From an uncultured bacterium (GTDB lineage Bacteria > Oederibacteriota > PGYV01 > CAWJRG01), in the NCBI GenBank assembly GCA_963845185.1, contig CAWJRG010000010.1, positions 800,001-864,000 on the forward strand: DNA of 64,000 nt. The letters run 5' to 3'. Below, in pieces: positions 39,715-49,554 of this stretch; within the stretch, counting starts at the first letter, position 1; each line of letters starts with the position of its first letter. The translations under genes and the position numbers were made by a program. Below the pieces are notes generated by a model that had not been told where the DNA came from, ran no database searches, and was given only the letters and a program-made list of their open reading frames with translations.

Positions 39715-41027
39715 AAGATACTGTTTTGGGCATATTGAGCAGGAAAAAATTAAAGGGCGACGTTTATATAGAGGAAAACAGGCAAAGTGAAATAGCCATT
39801 GAGGACGGAAAAATAGAAAAGACAGTCGAAGCCGACTCTTTCGGCGCCGGAGTCAGGCTGGTTAAAGACAAAAAAATGAGTTTCGGGTTTTTTACCACAA
39901 AAGAAAAAAACGAGATAGAAAATTTAATAGAGAGGCTTGAAAAGCAGGCGCTTATAGAAGGCTATGAAAACTATTCGCTGGCAGGTTATAACCGCTATAA
40001 CAATGTGGCGCTGTTTGACGAGAAAATTTTGCATATAAAGCCAGAGGAAAAAGCTGATATGCTTTTTAACATGGAAAAATCCATAAAGGCTTATTCAGGA
40101 CAGATAAAATATGTCCGCGATACCATGTACACGGACAATAATTTAAAAATAAGCTATGTAAACACCGAAGGCGCGGCCGCTTCGTACGAGAAAACAATTT
40201 TTAATGTTTATACGTCGGTTGTGGCATCTGACGGTACGCAGGACGAGGTAGTTGATGGCACGGAAAGCGCGTGCTTTTTAAGGGATATTAAAACAGAAGA
40301 ACTGGCAAAAGATGTGAGCCAGAGGGCAGTGAACCTGCTTGGCGGCAAATCCCTGAAATCAGGCCTTTACAATATCATATTATCCCCTTATGTGACTTCG
40401 CAGCTGCTGTATTTCATATCAAGAATGTTTTTTTCAAGTAATGTGAGAAAAGGCAAGTCTTTGCTGGGTTTCAGCAAGGAAGGCGACAAGATAGCTTCTG
40501 ACAAGGTTTCAATAGCAGACGACGCGCTTCTTCCAAATCATATAGGCGGGTTTCCGGCAGATGCAGAAGGCACGCCGGGTGTGGACAAGACCCTCGTGGA
40601 AAAAGGTATCTTAAAAACTATTTTGTACGACAGGTTCAACGCCCAGCTTATGGGCAAGGCAAGCACAGGTAACTGCGTCAGGGAAAGTTTCAAATCCCTG
40701 CCTGACGTTGGAACAGGCAATTTTTACATAAAGCAGGGAAAGGCAATGAAAGACCTTGTAATGACAAAGGAAAAAGGGATATTCGTAAACTCATTCATGG
40801 GTATGCATACCATAGACACGGTGTCAGGCAATTTTTCGCTCGGAATGGACGGCTGGATTTCGAATGCCGGCGAAGCAGTAAAGCCTGTAAAGGACGTGCT
40901 CATGACAGGCAATATCAAGACCCTGCTTTCAAACGTGGCAGAAGTGTGCGACGACTTGAAATTTTATTATAATTTTGGCTCGCCTACCATTATAATCAAG
41001 GACGTGCAGATAGCAGGGAGAGAGTAA
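39702..41027 (+). CDS. pmbA: TldD/PmbA family protein (PmbA-like)
   Basis: GAGVRL, DAEGTP, LVEKGIL, STGN, SGNFSLG, SPTI; no HExxGH. Confidence 0.85.
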   Translation: MEDIKDTVLGILSRKKLKGDVYIEENRQSEIAIEDGKIEKTVEADSFGAGVRLVKDKKMSFGFFTTKEKNEIENLIERLEKQALIEGYENYSLAGYNRYNNVALFDEKILHIKPEEKADMLFNMEKSIKAYSGQIKYVRDTMYTDNNLKISYVNTEGAAASYEKTIFNVYTSVVASDGTQDEVVDGTESACFLRDIKTEELAKDVSQRAVNLLGGKSLKSGLYNIILSPYVTSQLLYFISRMFFSSNVRKGKSLLGFSKEGDKIASDKVSIADDALLPNHIGGFPADAEGTPGVDKTLVEKGILKTILYDRFNAQLMGKASTGNCVRESFKSLPDVGTGNFYIKQGKAMKDLVMTKEKGIFVNSFMGMHTIDTVSGNFSLGMDGWISNAGEAVKPVKDVLMTGNIKTLLSNVAEVCDDLKFYYNFGSPTIIIKDVQIAGRE

Positions 41028-41080
41028 GTTAGTATTAACAAATCCATTGACATCCACTGACTACCTTATTGATTACCAAC

Positions 41081-41276
41081 AAAGTTGGTGGTATCCTCTC
41101 CCTCAACGGGAGAGGAAAAAGGTGAGGGTGAAGCAGCAGCAACAACCAAATAAATTAAGCTAAAAGATAGAATGCAAAAAAAAAAATTTTAGGAATCTGA
41201 AGTTAGGCGTGAAGTAATCATGGAGTCAGCCGCTACCCCACCCTCATCCCAACCTTCCCCCGTCGAGGGGGAAGGA
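41081..41276. repeat. Inverted pair of CCCTCTCCC-type REP-like palindromes (copy 2)
   Basis: CCTCTCCCTCAACGGGAGAGG..GGTGAGGGTG ... CACCCTCATCCCAACCTTCCCCCGTCGAGGGGGAAGG between convergent genes. Confidence 0.75.
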
Positions 41277-41289
41277 GCAGTTTTTTGAT

Positions 41290-41703
41290 TTAGTATTCCT
41301 GCACCTGGCCGAATTTCCTTAGCAACTCTTTTTTCACCATGCCTTTTTCCGGCTCGCTGTAAACCACAATACTGAACATGCCTGCAATGTATACAGGCTG
41401 CCCGCCCGGCGCATTTTTATTCTTTTGCTTTTCTTTTTCAAGGCTGTCAGTGATTTTTTCCATAAAAAGGCCGTTGCCGTAATGGTTTATTTTGATGCTT
41501 ATGCCGCTGCCGGTTGCAAGCACTTCCTCGAGCATCGGGTCTGCCTGGGTGACTTTAATTGTGTCAATCTGCAGGCCGGATGCTTTTAATTCCTGCGCAA
41601 GCTTGTAGGCAGGGCCTGAATATTTTGCCATATATTTTAAGCCATATAACCCGAGTGCAACAATAATAACGAAAATTACGAATATAAACGTTGATTTTTT
41701 CAT
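41290..41703 (-). CDS. Hypothetical membrane-anchored protein
   Basis: N-terminal hydrophobic helix; AAGGAGG RBS. Confidence 0.65.
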   Translation of the reverse strand: MKKSTFIFVIFVIIVALGLYGLKYMAKYSGPAYKLAQELKASGLQIDTIKVTQADPMLEEVLATGSGISIKINHYGNGLFMEKITDSLEKEKQKNKNAPGGQPVYIAGMFSIVVYSEPEKGMVKKELLRKFGQVQEY

Positions 41704-41809
41704 GTGACACGCCTCCTTATGATTTATTTATCCATATTTTACCATTGTTACTATTCAATACAAGAAAAATTACTGGATAAAGGAAGCATTATGATATATT
41801 ATTATCATT

Positions 41810-42649
41810 ATGAAGACAAAATCAAGAAAGCAAATTACAGGCATTATAGGTTATCCGCTGTCGCATACATTGTCGCCTCTTATGCACAACGCCGGGTTTA
41901 AAAAATTCGGGCTTAACTGGGAATACAAAGTTTTTGAGACAAAGCCCGAAGATGTAAAAAAATTCATTGGCAAAATCAGGGAGCAGCCTATAAAAGGCAT
42001 AAATGTTACGATACCTCACAAGCACTCTGTGATGCCTTTTCTTGACAGGATAGACAAAGCCGCGAAAACAATAGGCGCGGTAAATACCATTGTGAATAAA
42101 AATGGTTTCCTGATTGGCCATAACACCGATTACCTTGGTTTTATCGCATCGCTGAAAAAACACAGGGTAAATCTGAAAAATAAAAATGTTGTCATGCTCG
42201 GCGCGGGCGGCGCCGCGCACGCGGTCGGCTATGCAATAAATTTATCCAGGCCAAAAAGTTTCTACATATATAATATCGACACACCCATGATAAAGCGGCT
42301 TGTTAAAAAGTTAAAACTGAAAAATGTGAAAACAGGGGACATAATCAAAACCAAAGAAAAAGATAAGATATTGGCGAATGCGGATTTTATTGTAAACGCC
42401 ACGTCAGTGGGCATGCACGACAGTAATGTGCCGTATAAATTAGGGACACTGAAAAAGGGCTGCGTTGTTTATGATTTGATTTATAATCCCCCGCTTACCA
42501 AGTTTTTAAAGCACGCGAGGAGCAGGGGCGCGAGGATAATCAACGGCCTTGACATGCTGATTTATCAGGGCATAGAAGCATTTTGTTTGTGGACAGGCAA
42601 AAAACTCGGATATGATTTGTTCAAAAATGCAATCAAAAGGAAAAGTTAG
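41810..42649 (+). CDS. aroE: Shikimate dehydrogenase
   Basis: HTLSPLMHN, NVTIPHK, GAVNT, NTD, GAGGAA, DLIYNP, GLDMLIYQG. Confidence 0.96.
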   Translation: MKTKSRKQITGIIGYPLSHTLSPLMHNAGFKKFGLNWEYKVFETKPEDVKKFIGKIREQPIKGINVTIPHKHSVMPFLDRIDKAAKTIGAVNTIVNKNGFLIGHNTDYLGFIASLKKHRVNLKNKNVVMLGAGGAAHAVGYAINLSRPKSFYIYNIDTPMIKRLVKKLKLKNVKTGDIIKTKEKDKILANADFIVNATSVGMHDSNVPYKLGTLKKGCVVYDLIYNPPLTKFLKHARSRGARIINGLDMLIYQGIEAFCLWTGKKLGYDLFKNAIKRKS

Positions 42650-42652
42650 AAA

Positions 42653-43384
42653 TCAGCCAAACCCGTCAAAATTCAAGGATATTCCAAGTTTAACTGAAAA
42701 ACCCGGATAATCAACAGGAACTATTACATTCTGCGAGCCGTCTTTCAAAGTGCCTCCGCATGCCCTGTATGAAACTTCACCCATAAAGCCGAAATTATTG
42801 CTGAACCAGTAATTAAAGCCTGCATTAAAGTTAATGCCTGCAAAACTCCCGGAGGGCGCGAGGTTGACAGTGCCGGTATTACTGCCGGAACTGCTGAAAT
42901 AACTTATATTGGAATAGTTGTTCATGCCGATATAAACGCCTATGTCAGCAGCAATATAACACTGGAAAGCGTTTAGCGTGAAACTGTCAAAAAAGTATTT
43001 GCGCGCGCCAATGCCCAGGTAATGAAGGCTGTAATCCTCTTTTGCAGTAACGGAAACATTCTGGCTATTGGGATAATAGAAAGTGCTTGAATCGGTGAAA
43101 TTAATATAGTCTTTTTTTAAGTAAATCGCCCAGGTAACGGGGTCGGTGTACATCAGCATGACCGCGTTTGCGCCCAGGGAGGGCGATAAAAAAACGTATT
43201 CATTGCCGTTTGACGAAAAAGCCTTGACGCTCTCGGTTTCATAAATGTTATTCGCACCGAAGATTTCAAGGAAAATTTTTGTAACTTCAGTATCGGAAAA
43301 TACATTTGGCACTGCAAAAAGGGAAAGCATCGTCAAAAAAAATGCAACCCGTATTTTTTTCCTGAATGTGTCAGAGACTGTCAT
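42653..43384 (-). CDS. Probable outer-membrane beta-barrel protein
   Basis: Signal peptide; amphipathic aromatic strands; C-terminal GFSVKLGISLNF. Confidence 0.55.
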   Translation of the reverse strand: MTVSDTFRKKIRVAFFLTMLSLFAVPNVFSDTEVTKIFLEIFGANNIYETESVKAFSSNGNEYVFLSPSLGANAVMLMYTDPVTWAIYLKKDYINFTDSSTFYYPNSQNVSVTAKEDYSLHYLGIGARKYFFDSFTLNAFQCYIAADIGVYIGMNNYSNISYFSSSGSNTGTVNLAPSGSFAGINFNAGFNYWFSNNFGFMGEVSYRACGGTLKDGSQNVIVPVDYPGFSVKLGISLNFDGFG

Positions 43385-43550
43385 TTGTCCTCCCTAAATT
43401 TATTAACATAATGATATATTAATTTTAATATGGTGTAAATACAAAATTAGCCGGCTGTCACATGGGCTGCGTATTATTCTTGACACTGCCTTTATTAGTG
43501 CTATAATTTCCCGAAATTTACACTAATCTTAACAGCAGGGGTGAAAAACA

Positions 43551-44633
43551 ATGGTTGACGACAGAAAAAAAGCACTTGAACTTGCCATATCACAGATAGA
43601 AAAACAATTCGGAAAAGGCGTCATTATGAGGCTCGGCAAGGCGTCTATAGCGAAAGTAGAGGCGGTTCCGACAGGCGCGCTGTCACTTGACCTGGCGCTA
43701 GGGGTCGGAGGCATACCTCGCGGCAGGATAGTAGAAATATTCGGGCCTGAATCGTCAGGCAAAACAACCCTGGCGCTTAACATAGTTTCCATAGTGCAGA
43801 AACAGGGCGGCACAGCCGCGTACGTGGATGCGGAAAATGCCATGGATGCGGAATACGCGAAAAGAATCGGCGTGAATATAGACGAGCTGCTTATTTCCCA
43901 GCCTGACAACGGGGAACAGGCGCTTGAAATAGTGGAAACTTTAGTGAGAAGCAGCGCCGTGGACGTGATAGTAGTTGATTCCGTGGCAGCGCTTGTGCCG
44001 AGGGCGGAAATAGAGGGAGAAATGGGCGACGCGCACATGGCGCTCCAGGCGAGGCTCATGTCGCAGGCAATGAGGAAGCTGACAAGCATAATTAACAAGT
44101 CAGGGTCAATAGTTATTTTCATCAACCAGCTCAGGGAAAAACTCGGCGTAATGTTCGGGAACCCAGAAACAACGCCGGGCGGCAGGGCGCTGAAATTTTA
44201 CGCGTCAATCAGGATTGATATAAGAAGAATAGAGACCATAAAAAAAGGCGACGTGCACATGGGGAACAGGGTTAAGGCAAAAGTAGTGAAAAACAAAGTT
44301 GCCCCGCCTTTCAGGGAGGCTATCTTCGACATTATATTCGGCAAGGGAATATTGAGGGAGCCGGCAACGCTTGAGGCCGCGGAGAACATGGGGGTCCTTG
44401 AAAAAAGCGGCTCATGGTATTTATATGGAGACAAAAAAATCGGCCAGGGCAGGGACTCGGCAATAACATACCTTACTGAAAACCCGAATGTGCTTGAAGA
44501 AATAGAATTAAAAACCAGGGAAAAATTCTTTGCGCAGATGAAGGTTGAAAACAGCGGCAAACAGGAGCCGCTCCCGGAAGAAAAACCCGCGAAAGAAAAA
44601 GAAACAAAAGCCAAGGCAAAAAAAGAGGACTGA
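43551..44633 (+). CDS. recA: Recombinase RecA
   Basis: [30 protein letters not shown]; promoter TTGACA(43480)-16-TATAAT. Confidence 0.99.
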   Translation: MVDDRKKALELAISQIEKQFGKGVIMRLGKASIAKVEAVPTGALSLDLALGVGGIPRGRIVEIFGPESSGKTTLALNIVSIVQKQGGTAAYVDAENAMDAEYAKRIGVNIDELLISQPDNGEQALEIVETLVRSSAVDVIVVDSVAALVPRAEIEGEMGDAHMALQARLMSQAMRKLTSIINKSGSIVIFINQLREKLGVMFGNPETTPGGRALKFYASIRIDIRRIETIKKGDVHMGNRVKAKVVKNKVAPPFREAIFDIIFGKGILREPATLEAAENMGVLEKSGSWYLYGDKKIGQGRDSAITYLTENPNVLEEIELKTREKFFAQMKVENSGKQEPLPEEKPAKEKETKAKAKKED

Positions 44634-44665
44634 ATCTGCGCCCATAAAGCGGAGGTAAAAACCGC

Positions 44666-46951
44666 ATGAATAAAACACTCAAAATCCTTTTAATCGTAGT
44701 CATCTCAATCCTGGTACTGATGGCAATCGCAATAGCGTCAATACCCTTATTTTTCCCGCCTGAAAAAATGAAAGCCATGCTTATCACCGAGATGTCCAAT
44801 TTGACCGGCAGGCAGGTGGCGGTAAAAAAACTGCAGTTCAATATTTTCAAGGGCATAGAGCTGGACGGCGTGACGATAAAGGAACGCGACGGGGAGAATA
44901 ATTTTATCAAGGATGACACAATACTCCTTAAATACAACCTTTTCGCGCTGCTCGTGAGGCAGCTCGTCATATACAAATTTGAGCTGGTTTCGCCTTACGT
45001 GGAAATAATAAAGGACAGGAAAGGGATTTTTAATTTTCAGGATATCATAGACAAAAACCAGAAACCCGCTGCCGGAGCAAAAAATGTTCCGGTATCAAAG
45101 TCAAAATCCAGGAAAAAACATCAGCAGCAGCCAACGCCTGTGCCGCAGCCGACGGCGCAGCCTGCAGGCAATGAAGCAGGAAATAAACCGGATTTTATAA
45201 AAAATATAATAATAACCAGCGCAGGGGTAAAAAACGGGAATTTTTCCTACCAGGATTTTTCAGCAGCAGCCCCTTTGTCCTTAAAAGTGGACAGTTTTAA
45301 TTTTGACATGGACAATATAATATTGACCGCGGTAAAGCCGGCTACGGTTGATTTAAACTGCAATGTCATTTACAATAAACTGGCGATACCCGTGCTTGTC
45401 AAGTCAAGCCTTGTATTCGACATGAAGGAAAAAGGGGTAAAATTAAACATATCAACGGCTAAAATAGCAGGCATAAACACGCAGGGCGAGCTGGTAATAA
45501 CGGACTTTAAAAATGCCGGCGGCGAACTGGTCACCACGCTTAATACGGCAGAGGTAATACAATACCTGCCGGCAGAAATGAAGGCGCAGTTAAAGGGCGC
45601 GACTGCAAACATAGAAATATCAAACAACGCGTGGTTCAGGTACCTGGCAGACGGCAAAAAGTTGTCCTTTAAGAACACGGTTTCAATAGACAGGGGCGAA
45701 GTTACATACAACGAAAAAAAGATTCTTGAAAACCTTAAGGGCAAGATATCAGTAACCGACAAATATGATTTAAAAAGCAATTTTACGTTTTTACTTGCCG
45801 GCTCAAGCGTAAAACTCGACACTGAAGGTTACGGGCTGAATAAAATCAAATCAAGCAGGATATACGTGAATATTTATTCTCCGAAGTTTGCGACTGAATA
45901 CCTGCTTGCCCTGTTCCCGCAAAAAGAAAAGGCAAAATCAGGGGCAAATACAGGCGGCAATGAAGCAAGCATAACAAAGGCAGGCTCACTGGCAGCATCT
46001 GCGAAAAAATCAAGGCAAAAAAGTGCTGGCACAAAGCAGCTTGGAGCAATGCCTGAAGTCCATATCAGCCTTAAAGCCGACGCCATAACCTATAAAACAG
46101 TCGAGGCGGGAAAGACAACGTCAAACATAAAATTTATAAACGGCAAACTTTCGTCTGACACATCAATATCCGCCTACAACGGAACTATATACAACAGCCT
46201 GACAGCTGACATAAACAAGGAAAAATACTCGACAAATGTCGAGATGAAAAACGTGCTCATAAACAAACTGATTGACGACGCCATTTCCGTGCTGCCGAAA
46301 AAGGACCCGAACAAGAAAACCCTGCTTGACGACCTGAAGAGCAAGGTTTACGGAAATTTCAGCACAAAGGTGAATTTTTCCGGGGACACCTTTATTGACG
46401 TGCCGCATACGATAAAAGGAGACGGGAATTTTGCCGTCAAAGACGGCAAGCTGGCTGCCCTTGACTCGGGTAAGGACCTTTATGCCAAGACAAAAATAGA
46501 GGCATTCAGGAATGACATGCCGTTTGATTTCCTCGGGGCGGACTTTAACATGAGCAAGGGAGTAATTAACATAAAAAATTTCAGGATGTACAGCGGCGCA
46601 AACGGGGAAAAGGGCGATATGAGGGCAAAGGGAGATGGGTATGTTACCGTGGATACAAAGCTTGATTTTACAATGCTTGTCGACCTGAACCCGCGCGTGG
46701 CAAAACAGGTGGAAGACGTGTTTGCGCAGAACCTGGGCATAAGGGATATAAGCTACGCGTATTCTTCCGACGGCTGGATGCCTTTTGATTTCAGGGTTTA
46801 CGGCACGGTGGAAAATAAAAGGTATGATTTCAACCAGAAAAGAATGTTTGATAATATAAAGAAAAGCATGGGCAAGAAACTTCAAAATCAAGGCACACAA
46901 TATTTCCAGGACAAGTCAAAAGACCTGCTTAAGAACCTTTTCGGCAAATGA
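44666..46951 (+). CDS. AsmA family protein
   Basis: N-terminal anchor, LTGRQV, G.FNFQD, C-terminal beta-taco-like segment. Confidence 0.8.
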   Translation: MNKTLKILLIVVISILVLMAIAIASIPLFFPPEKMKAMLITEMSNLTGRQVAVKKLQFNIFKGIELDGVTIKERDGENNFIKDDTILLKYNLFALLVRQLVIYKFELVSPYVEIIKDRKGIFNFQDIIDKNQKPAAGAKNVPVSKSKSRKKHQQQPTPVPQPTAQPAGNEAGNKPDFIKNIIITSAGVKNGNFSYQDFSAAAPLSLKVDSFNFDMDNIILTAVKPATVDLNCNVIYNKLAIPVLVKSSLVFDMKEKGVKLNISTAKIAGINTQGELVITDFKNAGGELVTTLNTAEVIQYLPAEMKAQLKGATANIEISNNAWFRYLADGKKLSFKNTVSIDRGEVTYNEKKILENLKGKISVTDKYDLKSNFTFLLAGSSVKLDTEGYGLNKIKSSRIYVNIYSPKFATEYLLALFPQKEKAKSGANTGGNEASITKAGSLAASAKKSRQKSAGTKQLGAMPEVHISLKADAITYKTVEAGKTTSNIKFINGKLSSDTSISAYNGTIYNSLTADINKEKYSTNVEMKNVLINKLIDDAISVLPKKDPNKKTLLDDLKSKVYGNFSTKVNFSGDTFIDVPHTIKGDGNFAVKDGKLAALDSGKDLYAKTKIEAFRNDMPFDFLGADFNMSKGVINIKNFRMYSGANGEKGDMRAKGDGYVTVDTKLDFTMLVDLNPRVAKQVEDVFAQNLGIRDISYAYSSDGWMPFDFRVYGTVENKRYDFNQKRMFDNIKKSMGKKLQNQGTQYFQDKSKDLLKNLFGK

Positions 46952-46957
46952 GATAAA

Positions 46958-48007
46958 ATGAAGAAATATACCGCAGTCTTTCTATTTATTATTTTATTGT
47001 TTAGCACAGGATGCGTGCCGGCGGGCCAGCACAAGGTGAAAAAAACTCCAAAACCAAAGGAAGCTGTTGCCGCATTTACCGGGGATATAATGATGGGCAG
47101 GAGGATGGAGCCCTTTCTTGAGAAATACGGAGTTGATTATCCTTTTAAATTTGTCGATTGCGAGCTCAGCGGGTGCGATATTGTTTTCGGCAACTGCGAG
47201 GGGCCCATTGTTTACAAGGAAAAAACCAAGGACCTGCAGAAGACCCCCGGCAAAGAGCTGTATTTATTTATGGAAGAAAGCTGCGCCGGTGCAATAAAGA
47301 ATGCCGGGTACAACGTATTATCGCTTGCAAACAACCATACGCTTGATTACAAGGAAGATGCGTTATTGCAGACAATGGAAATACTTGATAAAAACGAAAT
47401 AAAATACACCGGAATATACAAAGGCAATTTAAGCAGGGCAAACGAGCCCCTGATAATGAAAGTAAACGGCATGAAAATCGGTTTTTTATGCTATTCGCAG
47501 GTGTCGCCGAAAAGTTTTTTCGCCCGCGGAAAAAGTTTCGGGATAATGCCGGCTGACATAAGCATAATAAGAAAAGACATAAAGGCAGCCAAACCAAAGG
47601 TTGATTTGCTGGTAATTTACCTTCACTGGGGAAAGGAAGGCCAGGGCGTGTTAAAATACCAGTATGCGCAGGCAAGGCAGATAATTGATGAAGGGGCAGA
47701 CCTTATCATAGGCTCGCATACGCACCTTTTCCAGGATATAGAGCTTTATAACGGGAAATATATTTTTTACGGCCTCGGCAATTTCGTGTTCGACCAGGAC
47801 AGCGAAAAAACAAAATACAGCGGCATAGTGAAGGTGAAAATCGAAAAGGGCAAAATTTCCGGGGTAAAGGTGGTGCCGGTTTACCTTAACAACTACAGGC
47901 CGGAAATAATAACGGACAGGGAAAAATTAAATACATTCTGGGATAAAGTAAACCTTATCAATATCGAAGCCAAAGACATAACTGAAGATTATTCAGGGAA
48001 GCTGTAA
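46958..48007 (+). CDS. CapA/PGA_cap family metallophosphatase lipoprotein
   Basis: GDIMMGR, GNCEG, LANNHTLDY, HWG, GSHTH, YGLGNFVF. Confidence 0.9.
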   Translation: MKKYTAVFLFIILLFSTGCVPAGQHKVKKTPKPKEAVAAFTGDIMMGRRMEPFLEKYGVDYPFKFVDCELSGCDIVFGNCEGPIVYKEKTKDLQKTPGKELYLFMEESCAGAIKNAGYNVLSLANNHTLDYKEDALLQTMEILDKNEIKYTGIYKGNLSRANEPLIMKVNGMKIGFLCYSQVSPKSFFARGKSFGIMPADISIIRKDIKAAKPKVDLLVIYLHWGKEGQGVLKYQYAQARQIIDEGADLIIGSHTHLFQDIELYNGKYIFYGLGNFVFDQDSEKTKYSGIVKVKIEKGKISGVKVVPVYLNNYRPEIITDREKLNTFWDKVNLINIEAKDITEDYSGKL

Positions 48008-48025
48008 GAGGAGGCAGGATACTAA

Positions 48026-48668
48026 ATGAACGGGAATATTTTAAAATCAATACACTGGATTCACCACGCCAGTTTCAGGATAGAAGCCGGCGGCAAGGTG
48101 ATTTATATAGACCCGTTTAAATTAAAGGAAACAATGCCGGCAGATTATATATTCGTGACGCATGCGCATTTCGACCATTTTTCCTTAAACGACATCGACA
48201 GCATATTAAAGGAAGGGACCGTCATAATATGTCCGGATGCGGTTGCGAAGGAGTTAAAAGGGTATAATTTTAAGAAACTTAAACCCGGGGATAAGCTTGA
48301 GCTTGAAGGGATAAAATGCGAAGCGACACCCGCTTATAATATAGAAAAGAATTTTCACCAGAAAAACAACGATAACATGGGTTTTATTATCGAGATAGAA
48401 GGGGCCAGGATATACAACTCTGGCGATACGGATTATATACCTGAAATGAACGATTTGCAGGATATAACAGTTGCGCTTGTGCCTGTGGCAGGGACTTATA
48501 CAATGAACCCGAAAGAAGCTGCAGCGGCAGTAAATGCTTTTAAGCCGCAAATAGCAGTACCAATGCATTTCGGCCAGCTTGTTGTAGGCGACATGCAGAA
48601 CGCGGGAAGAGTTCAAAAAGCTTGTTAAAGAGCCAATAAAAGTAGAGATAATGAAAGAGGAAGGGTAA
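48026..48668 (+). CDS. MBL-fold metallo-hydrolase, apparent +1 frameshift at ~48604
   Basis: YIDPF, THAHFDH, SGDT, PMHFG; removing one G from GCGGG gives the C-terminus NAEEFKKLVKEPIKVEIMKEEG*. Confidence 0.85.
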
Positions 48669-48771
48669 ATAAGTACGGGAACCGGGAATCGGGTTAGGTG
48701 CGGCGCGCTCGCTTCAAGTCCTTGGTTGCCGATAAAGTGGGTATTTTGGATTATATAGTAAGATAGAAAAT

Positions 48772-48848
48772 TGGTGGGCCCTGTAGGACTTGAACCTACG
48801 GCCAATAGATTATGAGTCTACTGCTCTGACCAACTGAGCTAAGGGCCC
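48772..48848 (-). tRNA. tRNA with CAT anticodon, probably tRNA-Ile2 (lysidine)
   Basis: GGGCCCTTAGCTCAGTTGGTCAGAGCAGTAGACTCATAATCTATTGGCCGTAGGTTCAAGTCCTACAGGGCCCACCA; ileX-like; own TTGACA-16-TATAAT promoter. Confidence 0.93.
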
Positions 48849-48912
48849 GCGGATAACAATTATATTTTTAATGGCGGATTTGTCAAGGAAATTCTAGGAA
48901 ACAGGAGGGAGC

Positions 48913-49467
48913 ATGCTTACAGACGATCAAAAAAAAATTTTTTTAAGGATTGCAAGGCAAACAATTGAGAACTACATAAAAAACGAGAGAATTTCTACAG
49001 TGCAGACAGATGACCCTGCTTTTACCCAGAACGGCGGTGCTTTTGTCACCATACACAGCCACGGCCAGCTGCGCGGCTGCATAGGCATGATAGAAGCATT
49101 AAAGCCGCTGTATGAGACTGTGATAGAGATGGCAATCGAATCTGCCACAGGAGACCCAAGGTTTATGCCTCTGAATGAAAACGAATTAAAGGAAATAGAT
49201 TTGGAAATATCAGCCCTTTCGCCAAAGAGAAGAATAAAAAGCATAGATGAAATCGAGCTCGGCAAGCACGGTGTGATTGTAAAAAACGGATATCACAGCG
49301 GGGTCTTCCTGCCGCAGGTCGCGACTGAAACAGGCTGGTCAAAGGAAGAATTCATGAGAAACCTGTGCGCAGGGAAAGCAGGATTACCACCTGACGCTTA
49401 TAAAGATAAAAGCACTGAAATATATATTTTTGATGCTGAAGTTTTCGGGGAAAAAGAATTCAAATAG
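48913..49467 (+). CDS. amrA: AMMECR1 / AmmeMemoRadiSam protein A
   Basis: GAFVT, LRGCIG, DPRF, EISALS, GVFLPQVA, KAGL. Confidence 0.92.
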   Translation: MLTDDQKKIFLRIARQTIENYIKNERISTVQTDDPAFTQNGGAFVTIHSHGQLRGCIGMIEALKPLYETVIEMAIESATGDPRFMPLNENELKEIDLEISALSPKRRIKSIDEIELGKHGVIVKNGYHSGVFLPQVATETGWSKEEFMRNLCAGKAGLPPDAYKDKSTEIYIFDAEVFGEKEFK

Positions 49468-49481
49468 ATTGTTCTGCTAGG

Positions 49482-49510
49482 GCAGAGACGACCCGTCGGG
49501 TCGTCTCTAC
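49482..49510. repeat. GTAG-type REP palindrome
   Basis: GCAGAGACGACCCGTCGGGTCGTCTCTAC; second copy at 62702. Confidence 0.8.
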
Positions 49511-49554
49511 TTTAATATCATTTATATGATTAAATAACAAACGGGGTTTGTAAA

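Noticed and set aside
43385..43550. LexA box upstream of recA
   Set aside because: No recognisable CTGT-N8-ACAG or GAAC-N4-GTTC; the TGTAAAT/ATTTACA pair is ~75 bp apart
43529..44125. Long antisense ORFs (opposite recA, purC, asmA, accC, thiC and the repeat lipoprotein)
   Set aside because: Shadow frames of well-supported genes with no motifs of their own
48669..48771. Integrative element att site at the tRNA 3' end
   Set aside because: No integrase and no convincing duplicate of the tRNA 3' end in the window
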